A DNA stretch of 39,438 bases from Escherichia coli (GCF_003334335.1 NZ_QOWQ01000041.1), one strand, 5' to 3'. Shown: positions 19,205 to 32,503, numbered from the stretch's first letter. A program made the numbers and translations. Notes: a model not told the origin generated them from the sequence alone.

Positions 19205-21802
19205 ATGGGTAAAGCTCTTGTCATCGTTGAGTCCCCGGCAAAAGCCAAAACGATCAACAAGTATCTGGGTAGTGACTACGTGGTGAAATCCAGCGTCGGT
19301 CACATCCGCGATTTGCCGACCAGTGGCTCAGCTGCCAAAAAGAGTGCCGACTCTACCTCCACCAAGACGGCTAAAAAGCCTAAAAAGGATGAACGTGGCG
19401 CTCTCGTCAACCGTATGGGGGTTGACCCGTGGCACAATTGGGAGGCGCACTATGAAGTGTTGCCTGGTAAAGAGAAGGTCGTCTCTGAACTGAAACAACT
19501 GGCTGAAAAAGCCGACCACATCTATCTCGCAACCGACCTTGACCGCGAAGGGGAAGCCATTGCATGGCACCTGCGGGAAGTGATTGGGGGTGATGATGCG
19601 CGCTATAGCCGAGTGGTGTTTAACGAAATTACTAAAAACGCGATCCGCCAGGCATTTAACAAACCGGGTGAGCTGAATATTGATCGTGTTAATGCCCAGC
19701 AGGCGCGTCGCTTTATGGACCGCGTGGTGGGGTATATGGTTTCGCCGCTGCTATGGAAAAAGATCGCTCGTGGTCTGTCTGCCGGTCGTGTGCAGTCGGT
19801 GGCGGTTCGCCTGGTGGTCGAGCGTGAGCGTGAAATTAAAGCGTTCGTGCCGGAAGAGTTCTGGGAAGTCGATGCCAGCACGACCACGCCATCTGGTGAA
19901 GCGTTGGCGTTACAGGTGACTCATCAGAACGACAAACCGTTCCGTCCGGTCAACAAAGAACAAACTCAGGCTGCGGTAAGTCTGCTGGAAAAAGCGCGCT
20001 ACAGCGTGCTGGAACGTGAAGACAAACCGACAACCAGTAAACCTGGCGCTCCTTTTATTACCTCTACGCTGCAACAAGCTGCCAGCACCCGTCTTGGATT
20101 TGGCGTGAAAAAAACCATGATGATGGCGCAGCGTTTGTATGAAGCAGGCTATATCACTTACATGCGTACCGACTCCACTAACCTGAGTCAGGACGCGGTA
20201 AATATGGTTCGCGGTTATATCAGCGATAATTTTGGTAAGAAATATCTGCCGGAAAGTCCGAATCAGTACGCCAGCAAAGAAAACTCACAGGAAGCGCACG
20301 AAGCGATTCGTCCTTCTGACGTCAATGTGATGGCGGAATCGCTGAAGGATATGGAAGCAGATGCGCAGAAACTGTACCAGTTAATCTGGCGTCAGTTCGT
20401 TGCCTGCCAGATGACCCCAGCGAAATATGACTCCACGACGCTGACCGTTGGTGCGGGCGATTTCCGCCTGAAAGCACGCGGTCGTATTTTGCGTTTTGAT
20501 GGCTGGACAAAAGTGATGCCTGCGTTGCGTAAAAGCGATGAAGATCGCATCTTACCAGCAGTTAATAAAGGCGATGCTCTGACGCTCGTTGAACTTACAC
20601 CAGCCCAGCACTTTACCAAGCCGCCAGCCCGTTTCAGTGAAGCATCGCTGGTTAAAGAGCTGGAAAAACGCGGTATCGGTCGTCCGTCTACCTATGCGTC
20701 GATCATTTCGACCATTCAGGATCGTGGCTACGTGCGAGTAGAAAATCGTCGTTTCTATGCGGAAAAAATGGGCGAAATCGTCACCGATCGCCTTGAAGAA
20801 AATTTCCGCGAGTTAATGAACTACGACTTTACCGCGCAGATGGAAAACAGCCTCGACCAGGTGGCAAATCACGAAGCAGAGTGGAAAGCTGTACTGGATC
20901 ACTTCTTCTCGGATTTCACCCAGCAGTTAGATAAAGCTGAAAAAGATCCGGAAGAGGGTGGTATGCGCCCGAACCAGATGGTTCTGACCAGCATTGACTG
21001 CCCGACTTGTGGTCGCAAAATGGGGATTCGCACAGCGAGCACCGGGGTATTCCTTGGCTGTTCTGGCTATGCGCTGCCGCCGAAAGAGCGTTGCAAAACC
21101 ACCATTAACCTGGTGCCGGAAAACGAAGTGCTGAACGTGCTGGAAGGCGAAGATGCTGAAACCAACGCGCTGCGCGCAAAACGTCGTTGCCCGAAATGCG
21201 GCACGGCGATGGACAGCTATCTCATCGATCCGAAACGTAAGTTGCATGTCTGTGGTAATAACCCAACCTGCGACGGTTACGAGATCGAAGAGGGCGAATT
21301 CCGCATTAAAGGTTATGACGGCCCGATCGTTGAGTGTGAAAAATGTGGCTCTGAAATGCACCTGAAAATGGGGCGTTTCGGTAAATACATGGCCTGCACC
21401 AACGAAGAGTGTAAAAACACACGTAAGATTTTACGTAACGGCGAAGTGGCACCACCGAAAGAAGATCCGGTGCCATTACCTGAGCTGCCGTGCGAAAAAT
21501 CAGATGCTTATTTCGTGCTGCGTGACGGTGCTGCCGGTGTGTTCCTGGCTGCCAACACTTTCCCGAAATCGCGTGAAACGCGTGCGCCACTGGTGGAAGA
21601 GCTTTATCGCTTCCGCGACCGTCTGCCGGAAAAACTGCGTTATCTGGCCGATGCGCCACAGCAGGATCCGGAAGGTAATAAGACCATGGTTCGCTTTAGC
21701 CGTAAAACCAAACAGCAATATGTCTCTTCGGAAAAAGACGGAAAGGCGACTGGCTGGTCAGCATTTTATGTTGATGGCAAATGGGTTGAAGGAAAAAAAT
21801 AA
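19205..21802 (+). CDS. topA: DNA topoisomerase I
   Basis: 865 aa from [22 protein letters not shown]... (Toprim), C-terminal Zn-ribbon repeats. Track ORF begins 14 codons upstream; the ATG at 19205 has an AGGTAAGGTG Shine-Dalgarno. Confidence 0.96.
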   Translation: MGKALVIVESPAKAKTINKYLGSDYVVKSSVGHIRDLPTSGSAAKKSADSTSTKTAKKPKKDERGALVNRMGVDPWHNWEAHYEVLPGKEKVVSELKQLAEKADHIYLATDLDREGEAIAWHLREVIGGDDARYSRVVFNEITKNAIRQAFNKPGELNIDRVNAQQARRFMDRVVGYMVSPLLWKKIARGLSAGRVQSVAVRLVVEREREIKAFVPEEFWEVDASTTTPSGEALALQVTHQNDKPFRPVNKEQTQAAVSLLEKARYSVLEREDKPTTSKPGAPFITSTLQQAASTRLGFGVKKTMMMAQRLYEAGYITYMRTDSTNLSQDAVNMVRGYISDNFGKKYLPESPNQYASKENSQEAHEAIRPSDVNVMAESLKDMEADAQKLYQLIWRQFVACQMTPAKYDSTTLTVGAGDFRLKARGRILRFDGWTKVMPALRKSDEDRILPAVNKGDALTLVELTPAQHFTKPPARFSEASLVKELEKRGIGRPSTYASIISTIQDRGYVRVENRRFYAEKMGEIVTDRLEENFRELMNYDFTAQMENSLDQVANHEAEWKAVLDHFFSDFTQQLDKAEKDPEEGGMRPNQMVLTSIDCPTCGRKMGIRTASTGVFLGCSGYALPPKERCKTTINLVPENEVLNVLEGEDAETNALRAKRRCPKCGTAMDSYLIDPKRKLHVCGNNPTCDGYEIEEGEFRIKGYDGPIVECEKCGSEMHLKMGRFGKYMACTNEECKNTRKILRNGEVAPPKEDPVPLPELPCEKSDAYFVLRDGAAGVFLAANTFPKSRETRAPLVEELYRFRDRLPEKLRYLADAPQQDPEGNKTMVRFSRKTKQQYVSSEKDGKATGWSAFYVDGKWVEGKK

Positions 21803-21833
21803 CCTTTAATTCTGTCAGGTTTTTATAAACAAA

Positions 21834-21857
21834 GGGTCGCGAAAGCGGCCCTTTTTT
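21834..21857 (+). terminator. topA intrinsic terminator
   Basis: Stem gggtcgc / gcggccc, loop gaaa, followed by TTTTTTATT. Confidence 0.75.
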
Positions 21858-21987
21858 ATTGCATATTATTTTTTCTTCACACCTATACACTAAGGCTATA
21901 AATGATATAGTGGTTATAGTTAGCACCTTTTTTATTATTAAATCGTATTAGTCACCCGCCAGGTGTGACGAAAAAACGATGTTCTGA

Positions 21988-22986
<999 letters not shown>

Positions 22987-23316
22987 TTTCTTGCGTTATT
23001 TTCGGCACCTTTTATGTAGCGAAGGTGCCGGAATATATTCTCTTTTGTTACTTATTTCTATACCGTGCACAATATTTTTATCCCTCATATTTATAGGGTA
23101 AATTACCTGTAAAGTAGTGTCTAATTACCCGCCTCGCAAACTCCAGTTTTCAAATATCTATTTCAGGTCAAAAGATTGAATTATTCACTGGAGACGATTC
23201 GTAAATTCGCTGGATTTTTGACTAAAGTTTCTTTAGGATTTGTCTCATCGTATGATTAATTACACCAATCGTTCAACGTCTTGCTGATAAGTGATGGCGA
23301 TTATATGAGGTTAGCA

Positions 23317-23445
23317 ATGCCTTCTGGAAATCAGGAACCCCGCCGCGATCCTGAATTAAAACGTAAAGCCTGGCTGGCGGTTTTTCTTGGTTCTGCACTT
23401 TTCTGGGTGGTTGTCGCACTGCTGATTTGGAAAGTGTGGGGATAA
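23317..23445 (+). CDS. ymiA: Small membrane protein YmiA (42 aa; in-frame ATG at 23305 would give 46 aa)
   Basis: MPSGNQEPRRDPELKRKAWLAVFLGSALFWVVVALLIWKVWG, one hydrophobic helix; below the ORF-track length cutoff; immediately upstream of yciX. Confidence 0.75.
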   Translation: MPSGNQEPRRDPELKRKAWLAVFLGSALFWVVVALLIWKVWG

Positions 23446-23447
23446 CT

Positions 23448-23615
23448 ATGGTCGGTCAGGAGCAACTGGAGTCGTCACCATTATGCCAGCATAGTGACAA
23501 TGAAACAGAAACGAAACGGGAATGTTCCGTCGTTATTCCAGACGACTGGCAACTAACATCGCAGCAGCAAGCCTTTATAGAACTGTTTGCTGAAGATGAT
23601 CAGCCGAAACAATAA
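23448..23615 (+). CDS. yciX: Small protein YciX
   Basis: 55 aa, MVGQEQLESSPLCQHSDNETETKRECSVVIPDDWQ...; ATG 2 nt after the ymiA stop. Confidence 0.8.
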   Translation: MVGQEQLESSPLCQHSDNETETKRECSVVIPDDWQLTSQQQAFIELFAEDDQPKQ

Positions 23616-23987
23616 TTATCATCATTCTTATTACCCATTTTTAATGAATTAAAGGGCTTTTAATACACCGCAGCAATAACAGCTTGAGTTATCTCAACAC
23701 AAAATAATAACCGTTAAGGGTGTAGCCTATGATCAACACAAATATGAAATATTGGTCCTGGATGGGCGCGTTTTCTCTGTCGATGCTCTTCTGGGCCGAA
23801 CTCCTCTGGATCATTACTCACTGATCCTTGACCCCGCTGCGGCGGGGTTGTCATTTGCTTTGCCACAAGGTTTCTCCTCTTTTATCAATTTGGGTTGTTA
23901 TCAAATCGTTACGCGATGTTTGTGTTATCTTTAATATTCACCCTGAAGAGAATCAGGGCTTCGCAACCCTGTCATTAAGGAGGAGCT

Positions 23988-26663
23988 ATGTCGTCAACCC
24001 TACGAGAAGCCAGTAAGGACACGTTGCAGGCCAAAGATAAAACTTACCACTACTACAGCCTGCCGCTTGCTGCTAAATCACTGGGCGATATCACCCGTCT
24101 ACCCAAGTCACTCAAAGTTTTGCTCGAAAACCTGCTGCGCTGGCAGGATGGTAACTCGGTTACCGAAGAGGATATCCACGCGCTGGCAGGATGGCTGAAA
24201 AATGCCCATGCTGACCGTGAAATTGCCTACCGCCCGGCAAGGGTGCTGATGCAGGACTTTACCGGCGTACCTGCCGTTGTTGATCTGGCGGCAATGCGCG
24301 AAGCGGTTAAACGCCTCGGCGGCGATACTGCAAAGGTTAACCCGCTCTCACCGGTCGACCTGGTCATTGACCACTCGGTGACCGTCGATCGTTTTGGTGA
24401 TGATGAGGCATTTGAAGAAAACGTACGCCTGGAAATGGAGCGCAACCACGAACGTTATGTGTTCCTGAAATGGGGAAAGCAAGCGTTCAGTCGGTTTAGC
24501 GTCGTGCCGCCAGGCACAGGCATTTGCCATCAGGTTAACCTCGAATATCTCGGCAAAGCAGTGTGGAGTGAATTGCAGGACGGTGAATGGATTGCTTATC
24601 CGGATACACTCGTTGGTACTGACTCGCACACCACCATGATCAACGGCCTTGGCGTGCTGGGGTGGGGCGTTGGTGGGATCGAAGCAGAAGCCGCAATGTT
24701 AGGCCAGCCGGTTTCCATGCTTATCCCGGATGTAGTGGGCTTCAAACTTACCGGAAAATTACGTGAAGGTATTACCGCCACAGACCTGGTTCTCACTGTT
24801 ACCCAAATGCTGCGCAAACATGGCGTGGTGGGGAAATTCGTCGAATTTTATGGTGATGGTCTGGATTCACTACCGTTGGCGGATCGCGCCACCATTGCCA
24901 ATATGTCGCCAGAATATGGTGCCACCTGTGGCTTCTTCCCAATCGATGCTGTAACCCTCGATTACATGCGTTTAAGCGGGCGCAGCGAAGATCAGGTCGA
25001 GTTGGTCGAAAAATATGCCAAAGCGCAGGGCATGTGGCGTAACCCGGGCGATGAACCAATTTTTACCAGTACGTTAGAACTGGATATGAATGACGTTGAA
25101 GCGAGCCTGGCAGGGCCTAAACGCCCACAGGATCGCGTTGCACTGCCCGATGTACCAAAAGCATTTGCCGCCAGTAACGAACTGGAAGTGAATGCCACGC
25201 ATAAAGATCGCCAGCCGGTCGATTATGTTATGAACGGACATCAGTATCAGTTACCTGATGGCGCTGTGGTCATTGCTGCGATAACCTCGTGCACCAACAC
25301 CTCTAACCCAAGTGTGCTGATGGCCGCAGGCTTGCTGGCGAAAAAAGCCGTAACTCTGGGCCTCAAGCGGCAACCATGGGTCAAAGCGTCGCTGGCACCG
25401 GGTTCGAAAGTCGTTTCTGATTATCTGGCAAAAGCGAAACTGACACCGTATCTCGACGAACTGGGGTTTAACCTTGTGGGATACGGTTGTACCACCTGTA
25501 TTGGTAACTCTGGGCCGCTGCCCGATCCTATCGAAACGGCAATCAAAAAAGGCGATTTAACCGTCGGTGCGGTGCTGTCCGGCAACCGTAACTTTGAAGG
25601 CCGTATCCATCCGCTGGTTAAAACTAACTGGCTGGCCTCGCCGCCGCTGGTGGTTGCCTATGCGCTGGCGGGAAATATGAATATCAACCTGGCTTCTGAG
25701 CCTATCGGCCATGATCGCAAAGGCGATCCGGTTTATCTGAAAGATATCTGGCCATCGGCACAAGAAATTGCCCGTGCGGTAGAACAAGTCTCCACAGAAA
25801 TGTTCCGCAAAGAGTACGCAGAAGTTTTTGAAGGCACAGCAGAGTGGAAGGGAATTAACGTCACACGATCCGATACCTACGGTTGGCAGGAGGACTCAAC
25901 CTATATTCGCTTATCGCCTTTCTTTGATGAAATGCAGGCAACACCAGCACCAGTGGAAGATATTCACGGTGCGCGGATCCTCGCAATGCTGGGGGATTCA
26001 GTCACCACTGACCATATCTCTCCGGCGGGCAGTATTAAGCCCGACAGCCCAGCGGGTCGATATCTACAAGGTCGGGGTGTTGAGCGAAAAGACTTTAACT
26101 CCTACGGTTCGCGGCGTGGTAACCATGAAGTGATGATGCGCGGCACCTTCGCCAATATTCGCATCCGTAATGAAATGGTGCCTGGCGTTGAAGGGGGGAT
26201 GACGCGGCATTTACCTGACAGCGACGTAGTCTCTATTTATGATGCTGCGATGCGCTATAAGCAGGAGCAAACGCCGCTGGCGGTGATTGCCGGGAAAGAG
26301 TATGGATCAGGCTCCAGTCGTGACTGGGCGGCAAAAGGTCCGCGTCTGCTTGGTATTCGTGTGGTGATTGCCGAATCGTTTGAACGAATTCACCGTTCGA
26401 ATTTAATTGGCATGGGCATCCTGCCGCTGGAATTTCCGCAAGGCGTAACGCGTAAAACGTTAGGGCTAACCGGGGAAGAGAAGATTGATATTGGCGATCT
26501 GCAAAACCTACAACCCGGCGCGACGGTTCCGGTGACGCTTACGCGCGCGGATGGTAGCCAGGAAGTCGTACCCTGCCGTTGTCGTATCGACACCGCGACG
26601 GAGTTGACCTACTACCAGAACGACGGCATTTTGCATTATGTCATTCGTAATATGTTGAAGTAA
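23988..26663 (+). CDS. acnA: Aconitate hydratase A
   Basis: 891 aa; Fe-S ligand cysteines; recognised AcnA. Confidence 0.97.
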   Translation: MSSTLREASKDTLQAKDKTYHYYSLPLAAKSLGDITRLPKSLKVLLENLLRWQDGNSVTEEDIHALAGWLKNAHADREIAYRPARVLMQDFTGVPAVVDLAAMREAVKRLGGDTAKVNPLSPVDLVIDHSVTVDRFGDDEAFEENVRLEMERNHERYVFLKWGKQAFSRFSVVPPGTGICHQVNLEYLGKAVWSELQDGEWIAYPDTLVGTDSHTTMINGLGVLGWGVGGIEAEAAMLGQPVSMLIPDVVGFKLTGKLREGITATDLVLTVTQMLRKHGVVGKFVEFYGDGLDSLPLADRATIANMSPEYGATCGFFPIDAVTLDYMRLSGRSEDQVELVEKYAKAQGMWRNPGDEPIFTSTLELDMNDVEASLAGPKRPQDRVALPDVPKAFAASNELEVNATHKDRQPVDYVMNGHQYQLPDGAVVIAAITSCTNTSNPSVLMAAGLLAKKAVTLGLKRQPWVKASLAPGSKVVSDYLAKAKLTPYLDELGFNLVGYGCTTCIGNSGPLPDPIETAIKKGDLTVGAVLSGNRNFEGRIHPLVKTNWLASPPLVVAYALAGNMNINLASEPIGHDRKGDPVYLKDIWPSAQEIARAVEQVSTEMFRKEYAEVFEGTAEWKGINVTRSDTYGWQEDSTYIRLSPFFDEMQATPAPVEDIHGARILAMLGDSVTTDHISPAGSIKPDSPAGRYLQGRGVERKDFNSYGSRRGNHEVMMRGTFANIRIRNEMVPGVEGGMTRHLPDSDVVSIYDAAMRYKQEQTPLAVIAGKEYGSGSSRDWAAKGPRLLGIRVVIAESFERIHRSNLIGMGILPLEFPQGVTRKTLGLTGEEKIDIGDLQNLQPGATVPVTLTRADGSQEVVPCRCRIDTATELTYYQNDGILHYVIRNMLK

Positions 26664-26668
26664 CAACT

Positions 26669-26705
26669 ATTTGCTTGCCGTTTATTTTGCTTCCGGCAAG
26701 CAAAT
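26669..26705. terminator. Bidirectional terminator between convergent acnA and ribA
   Basis: 12-bp stem atttgcttgccg / cggcaagcaaat around a T-rich loop. Confidence 0.65.
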
Positions 26706-26726
26706 GAATTACACAATGCAAGAGGG

Positions 26727-27317
26727 TTATTTGTTCAGCAAATGGCCCATTTTCTCGGCTTTGGTATCGAGATAATGTTCGTTATTGGGGTTACGACCTA
26801 CAATCAATGGTACGCGTTCAACAATATTAATCCCTGCTTCGGTCAGAATTTCGACTTTTTTCGGGTTATTGGTTAACAAGCGGACTTCATTGACGCCAAG
26901 GAGTTTGAACATATCAGCGCAAAGAGTGAAGTCGCGCTCATCAGCGGCGAAGCCTAACTGGTGGTTAGCCTCTACGGTATCGTAACCTTGATCCTGCAGT
27001 GCGTAAGCGCGGATTTTATTCAGCAGACCAATGTTACGACCTTCCTGACGGTGATACAGCAAAATACCACGGCCTTCCTCGGCAATTTGCGTCAATGCCG
27101 CTTCGAGCTGGAAGCCACAATCGCAGCGCAAGCTGAACAGGGCGTCACCGGTCAGACATTCGGAATGGACGCGCGCAAGTACCGGGGTATGCCCGGAAAT
27201 ATCGCCATAGACTAGCGCGACATGATCGTGTCCGGTTGCCAGTTCTTCAAATCCCACCATCAGGAAATCGCCCCATGGGGTTGGCAGTTTGGCTTCTGCC
27301 ACACGTTTAAGCTGCAT
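26727..27317 (-). CDS. ribA: GTP cyclohydrolase II
   Basis: 196 aa from [23 protein letters not shown]...; Zn-binding CxxC...C; start moved to the ATG with GGAG (track ORF is 21 codons too long). Confidence 0.94.
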
Positions 27318-27486
27318 GAAATTCTCCAGATAATGCTGGTTCTGTATTGGCTTATTTTGCCATAACGAGAAGGGGTTCACCTAATCACGACGCGTCGATC
27401 GTTCACGGAATGGCACAAATCTGTCAATTTTTCCTGGAACTGGCGTTTTCAGTTATGATTGTGGGACTTATCAAAAAGGAGAGGCC

Positions 27487-28251
27487 ATGCGTTCGATTGC
27501 CAGACGTACCGCAGTGGGAGCTGCACTATTGCTTGTCATGCCAGTAGCCGTATGGATTTCTGGCTGGCGTTGGCAACCTGGAGAACAAAGTTGGCTACTA
27601 AAAGCGGCTTTTTGGGTTACTGAAACTGTCACCCAGCCCTGGGGCGTCATTACACATTTGATTTTATTCGGCTGGTTTCTCTGGTGTCTGCGTTTTCGCA
27701 TTAAGGCTGCCTTTGTATTATTTGCCATTCTGGCGGCCGCAATCCTTGTGGGACAAGGCGTTAAATCCTGGATCAAAGACAAAGTCCAGGAACCACGACC
27801 TTTTGTTATCTGGCTGGAAAAAACACATCATATTCCGGTTGATGAGTTCTACACTTTAAAGCGAGCAGAACGCGGAAATCTAGTGAAAGAACAGTTGGCT
27901 GAAGAGAAAAATATCCCACAATATTTGCGTTCACACTGGCAGAAAGAGACGGGGTTTGCCTTTCCTTCCGGTCACACGATGTTTGCTGCCAGTTGGGCAC
28001 TGCTGGCCGTTGGTTTGCTGTGGCCGCGTCGGCGAACGTTAACCATTGCTATCTTGCTGGTCTGGGCAACGGGAGTCATGGGAAGCCGCCTGCTGCTCGG
28101 GATGCATTGGCCACGCGATCTGGTAGTAGCTACGTTGATTTCGTGGGCGCTGGTGGCGGTGGCAACGTGGCTTGCGCAACGAATTTGTGGGCCATTAACA
28201 CCACCTGCGGAAGAAAATCGCGAAATAGCGCAACGAGAACAAGAAAGTTAA
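27487..28251 (+). CDS. pgpB: Phosphatidylglycerophosphatase B (PAP2 family)
   Basis: 254 aa, multi-pass membrane; PAP2 motifs (PSGH, SRLLLGMHWPRD). Confidence 0.94.
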   Translation: MRSIARRTAVGAALLLVMPVAVWISGWRWQPGEQSWLLKAAFWVTETVTQPWGVITHLILFGWFLWCLRFRIKAAFVLFAILAAAILVGQGVKSWIKDKVQEPRPFVIWLEKTHHIPVDEFYTLKRAERGNLVKEQLAEEKNIPQYLRSHWQKETGFAFPSGHTMFAASWALLAVGLLWPRRRTLTIAILLVWATGVMGSRLLLGMHWPRDLVVATLISWALVAVATWLAQRICGPLTPPAEENREIAQREQES

Positions 28252-28399
28252 CGCTGGTTGATTTTCCGAATTTAGCCCTTAAATCATCAACAATGCGTGT
28301 GGATGCCATTTCGCAGACGGCGCGAAAATGGTACTTTAAAGGGCTATTGCGGTAAGTTGACCATAATTTATTCGCTCTAACCACATAACGGGAAGTAAT

Positions 28400-28708
28400 G
28401 TGAAATATTTACTCATTTTCTTACTGGTGTTAGCGATCTTCGTGATTTCGGTCACGTTGGGTGCGCAGAACGATCAACAGGTGACGTTTAATTATCTGTT
28501 AGCGCAAGGGGAGTACCGTATTTCCACATTGCTGGCGGTATTGTTTGCTGCGGGGTTTGCTATCGGTTGGTTGATTTGTGGCCTGTTCTGGCTGCGAGTT
28601 CGTGTTTCCCTGGCGCGCGCTGAACGTAAAATAAAGCGACTGGAAAACCAGCTTTCACCCGCGACTGACGTGGCTGTAGTGCCGCACTCGTCAGCGGCGA
28701 AGGAATAA
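28400..28708 (+). CDS. lapA: LPS assembly protein LapA (YciS)
   Basis: 102 aa, GTG start; two transmembrane helices. Confidence 0.9.
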   Translation: MKYLLIFLLVLAIFVISVTLGAQNDQQVTFNYLLAQGEYRISTLLAVLFAAGFAIGWLICGLFWLRVRVSLARAERKIKRLENQLSPATDVAVVPHSSAAKE

Positions 28709-28714
28709 CTTTCT

Positions 28715-29884
28715 ATGCTGGAGTTGTTGTTTCTGCTTTTGCCTGTAGCCGCTGCCTATGGCTGGTATATGGGCCGCAGAAGTGCGCAACAAAACAAGCA
28801 AGATGAAGCCAACCGCTTGTCGCGTGATTACGTAGCGGGGGTTAACTTCCTGCTTAGTAATCAACAGGATAAAGCGGTAGACCTGTTTCTCGATATGCTT
28901 AAAGAGGATACAGGCACCGTTGAAGCCCACCTTACGCTCGGAAACCTGTTCCGTTCGCGTGGCGAAGTTGATCGCGCTATTCGCATCCATCAGACCCTAA
29001 TGGAAAGCGCCTCGCTGACCTATGAACAGCGTCTGTTGGCGATTCAACAACTGGGGCGTGATTACATGGCCGCCGGGTTATATGACCGCGCGGAAGACAT
29101 GTTCAATCAGCTGACCGATGAAACTGACTTCCGCATTGGCGCGCTGCAACAGTTGCTACAAATCTACCAGGCTACCAGTGAGTGGCAGAAAGCAATTGAT
29201 GTTGCCGAACGCCTGGTGAAGCTGGGTAAAGATAAACAGCGCGTCGAAATTGCCCATTTCTACTGTGAGTTAGCCCTGCAGCATATGGCCAGCGACGATC
29301 TCGATCGTGCCATGACCTTGCTAAAAAAAGGGGCGGCGGCAGATAAAAACAGCGCCCGCGTATCCATAATGATGGGACGCGTGTTTATGGCGAAAGGAGA
29401 ATACGCCAAAGCCGTCGAAAGTCTGCAACGCGTGATATCCCAGGACAGAGAACTGGTCAGCGAAACGCTGGAAATGTTGCAAACCTGCTATCAGCAGTTG
29501 GGTAAAACTGCCGAATGGGCAGAATTCCTGCAGCGTGCGGTGGAAGAGAACACCGGTGCCGATGCTGAATTGATGCTTGCTGATATCATCGAAGCGCGCG
29601 ACGGTAGTGAGGCCGCACAGGTCTATATTACGCGCCAGCTTCAGCGTCATCCGACCATGCGTGTGTTCCATAAGTTAATGGATTACCACTTAAATGAAGC
29701 GGAAGAAGGGCGTGCCAAAGAGAGCCTGATGGTGCTGCGTGACATGGTTGGCGAGAAGGTACGTAGTAAGCCTCGTTATCGTTGCCAGAAATGTGGTTTT
29801 ACCGCATACACCCTCTACTGGCATTGTCCGTCTTGTCGGGCCTGGTCAACCATTAAACCGATTCGCGGTCTTGATGGCCTGTAA
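28715..29884 (+). CDS. lapB: LPS assembly protein LapB (YciM), TPR plus rubredoxin-like Zn domain
   Basis: 389 aa; N-terminal TM helix, TPR repeats, C-terminal CQKCG...CPSC. Confidence 0.94.
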   Translation: MLELLFLLLPVAAAYGWYMGRRSAQQNKQDEANRLSRDYVAGVNFLLSNQQDKAVDLFLDMLKEDTGTVEAHLTLGNLFRSRGEVDRAIRIHQTLMESASLTYEQRLLAIQQLGRDYMAAGLYDRAEDMFNQLTDETDFRIGALQQLLQIYQATSEWQKAIDVAERLVKLGKDKQRVEIAHFYCELALQHMASDDLDRAMTLLKKGAAADKNSARVSIMMGRVFMAKGEYAKAVESLQRVISQDRELVSETLEMLQTCYQQLGKTAEWAEFLQRAVEENTGADAELMLADIIEARDGSEAAQVYITRQLQRHPTMRVFHKLMDYHLNEAEEGRAKESLMVLRDMVGEKVRSKPRYRCQKCGFTAYTLYWHCPSCRAWSTIKPIRGLDGL

Positions 29885-30077
29885 TTTTTAAAAAAAATCC
29901 GACTTTAGTTACAACATACTAATTATTAATGTTCCATTGTGCTCCGGCAACGACGGCGCAGAAAAAGCCTGCCAGGGGAGAAATCGCAACTGTTAATTTT
30001 TTATTTCCACGGGTAGAATGCTCGCCGTTTACCTGTTTCGCGCCACTTCCGGTGCCCATCATCAAGAAGGTCTGGTC

Positions 30078-30815
30078 ATGACGTTAACTGCTTCATCTTC
30101 TTCCCGCGCTGTTACGAATTCTCCTGTGGTTGTTGCCCTTGATTATCATAATCGTGATGACGCGCTGGCCTTTGTCGACAAGATCGACCCACGCGATTGT
30201 CGTCTGAAGGTCGGCAAAGAGATGTTTACATTGTTTGGGCCACAGTTTGTGCGCGAACTTCAACAGCGTGGTTTTGATATCTTTCTTGACCTGAAATTCC
30301 ACGATATCCCCAACACTGCAGCGCACGCTGTCGCTGCTGCAGCTGACTTAGGCGTGTGGATGGTGAATGTTCATGCCTCTGGTGGGGCGCGTATGATGAC
30401 CGCAGCGCGTGAGGCACTGGTTCCGTTTGGCAAAGATGCACCGCTTTTGATTGCTGTGACAGTGTTGACCAGCATGGAAGCCAGCGACCTGGTCGATCTT
30501 GGCATGACACTGTCACCTGCAGATTATGCAGAACGTCTGGCGGCACTGACGCAAAAATGTGGCCTTGATGGTGTGGTGTGTTCTGCTCAGGAAGCTGTGC
30601 GCTTTAAACAGGTATTCGGTCAGGAGTTCAAACTGGTTACGCCGGGCATTCGTCCGCAGGGGAGTGAAGCTGGTGACCAGCGCCGCATTATGACGCCAGA
30701 ACAGGCGTTGTCGGCTGGTGTTGATTATATGGTGATTGGTCGCCCGGTAACGCAATCGGTAGATCCAGCGCAGACGCTGAAAGCGATCAACGCCTCTTTA
30801 CAGCGGAGTGCATGA
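30078..30815 (+). CDS. pyrF: Orotidine-5'-phosphate decarboxylase
   Basis: 245 aa from [29 protein letters not shown]...; track ORF starts 20 codons upstream. Confidence 0.95.
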   Translation: MTLTASSSSRAVTNSPVVVALDYHNRDDALAFVDKIDPRDCRLKVGKEMFTLFGPQFVRELQQRGFDIFLDLKFHDIPNTAAHAVAAAADLGVWMVNVHASGGARMMTAAREALVPFGKDAPLLIAVTVLTSMEASDLVDLGMTLSPADYAERLAALTQKCGLDGVVCSAQEAVRFKQVFGQEFKLVTPGIRPQGSEAGDQRRIMTPEQALSAGVDYMVIGRPVTQSVDPAQTLKAINASLQRSA

Positions 30816-31141
30816 TGAGTGATTCCAACAGCCGTCTGGTCTACTCAACGGAAACCGGACGTATTGATGAGCCCAAAGCGGCCCCTGTACGCCCTAAAGG
30901 CGACGGTGTGGTGCGTATTCAGCGTCAGACCAGTGGACGTAAAGGTAAGGGCGTTTGCCTGATTACCGGTGTCGATCTCGATGATGCCGAACTGACAAAA
31001 CTTGCAGCGGAACTGAAGAAAAAATGCGGCTGCGGCGGAGCAGTTAAAGATGGAGTTATTGAAATCCAGGGCGATAAGCGTGATTTATTAAAATCACTAC
31101 TTGAAGCGAAAGGGATGAAGGTAAAACTCGCAGGCGGTTAA
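30815..31141 (+). CDS. yciH: SUI1/eIF1-family translation initiation factor homologue YciH
   Basis: 108 aa, [21 protein letters not shown]...; ATG overlaps the pyrF stop (TGATG); GGAG 6 nt upstream. Confidence 0.9.
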   Translation: MSDSNSRLVYSTETGRIDEPKAAPVRPKGDGVVRIQRQTSGRKGKGVCLITGVDLDDAELTKLAAELKKKCGCGGAVKDGVIEIQGDKRDLLKSLLEAKGMKVKLAGG

Positions 31142-31148
31142 CATAAAA

Positions 31149-31170
31149 AGCCACGGATATATCCGTGGCT
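31149..31170. terminator. Bidirectional terminator between yciH and osmB
   Basis: Palindrome agccacggatatatccgtggct with T-runs on both strands. Confidence 0.8.
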
Positions 31171-31266
31171 TTCGAATATTTTACTGTGCGTATTATTCAG
31201 TTATTTCGTACTGAACAGAATCAAGCGTATTATAATTGCGAGTCGATAATCGACATTTATTTACGA

Positions 31267-31485
31267 TTATTTACCGACCTGGTGACCAATAACACCACCG
31301 ACAGCTGCACCACCTAATGTACCCAACGTACTGCCATCGGTCAGTACTGCACCGCCTAATGCCCCTGCACCCGCGCCGATTGCGGTGTTGCGGTCCCGTT
31401 TAGACCAGTTAGAACAGGCACTCAGAGACATTGCCAAAGTAATTGCCAGAACAGCCGCGGTCATTTTTTTGCTCGTTACAAACAT
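31267..31485 (-). CDS. osmB: Osmotically inducible lipoprotein OsmB
   Basis: 72 aa; lipobox LSAC, Gly/Ala-rich mature part. Confidence 0.93.
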   Translation of the reverse strand: MFVTSKKMTAAVLAITLAMSLSACSNWSKRDRNTAIGAGAGALGGAVLTDGSTLGTLGGAAVGGVIGHQVGK

Positions 31486-31753
31486 AATACTCTCTCCTGA
31501 ATTTATGATTCACGGAAGTAAGCTCTCTATAACTATAATAGCTAAGAATAAGCCTGGTGAAATTATTCCGTGAAATCTGCTCGCGCGCAGGGTTATATCA
31601 CGCAGGTGATAATGACTTCCTGTTATATCGCTGATAATAATTTTATATCTTGAGAGTGTTAATAACAGGTAAATAGTCTTAATTATCAACCAGGAATCAT
31701 CTTAGAGCGGATGATTTGCCAAACTGCAAATCATCCGTAGAGAAGGGAAATGG

Positions 31754-32503
31754 TTAAATGTCAACGACGTGAACGGTGAGTTTACTGTGCTCAAGATGCA
31801 TCAGATCGCTGGCGCGTATTTTCGAATCGGTAATCACGCGATTGAATCGCTCAACGGGACCGATGGAGTATGAATGTACAGCACCAAATTTCGAGCTGTC
31901 AGTCAGGACTATCGCTTCGCACTCTTTTTCCAGCACGGCATTGACCACATCGGTACGCATCATATCGCGACCGGTAAATCCAGTTTCAGGTTGCCAGCCA
32001 TCAATACCAATAAATGCTTTGCTGAAATGCACCTGTTGGATGCACTGGCGTGTCAAAGGGCCAACCATACTTTCGCTTTTTTTCTGATACACGCCACCGA
32101 GCAAAATAACTTCACAAGGCGCGTCTTTCAGCAAATGCGCGATGTAGCTGCTGACCGTGATGATAGTGACATTTTTCTTCTGCTCGCCCAGAGTCCGGGC
32201 GAGTAGGGCATTGCTGCTGCCATTTTCGATAAAGATGGTTTCGCCCGGTTGAACCAGCGACGCGGCAAACTCGGCGAGTTCACGCTTCAGCGTATAGTTG
32301 CTCATCATACGGGTTTCGACGTCATCACTATCAAGCGAAACAGCAAAGCCATGTGCACGGCGGAGGTAACTCAGTTTTTCGAGTGTGTTGAGATCCTGGC
32401 GAATGGTAACTTCAGAAACTCCAGTGGCTTTTGCCAGATCGGTTACGCTAACCTGACCCTGGTCAATGACCATCTGTAGAATAGTTTGTTGTCGGGAATT
32501 CAT
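31754..32503 (-). CDS. yciT: DeoR-family transcriptional regulator YciT
   Basis: 249 aa; N-terminal HTH ([21 protein letters not shown]), DeoR C-terminal sugar-binding domain. Confidence 0.92.
   Translation of the reverse strand: MNSRQQTILQMVIDQGQVSVTDLAKATGVSEVTIRQDLNTLEKLSYLRRAHGFAVSLDSDDVETRMMSNYTLKRELAEFAASLVQPGETIFIENGSSNALLARTLGEQKKNVTIITVSSYIAHLLKDAPCEVILLGGVYQKKSESMVGPLTRQCIQQVHFSKAFIGIDGWQPETGFTGRDMMRTDVVNAVLEKECEAIVLTDSSKFGAVHSYSIGPVERFNRVITDSKIRASDLMHLEHSKLTVHVVDI

Noticed and set aside
19328-21809. Track ORFs antisense or out of frame within topA (for example 20927..21361 -, 21306..21659 -)
   Set aside because: Lie wholly within the recognised topA coding sequence; no independent support.
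24227-26593. Track ORFs within acnA in other frames
   Set aside because: Overlap the recognised aconitase gene; shadow ORFs.
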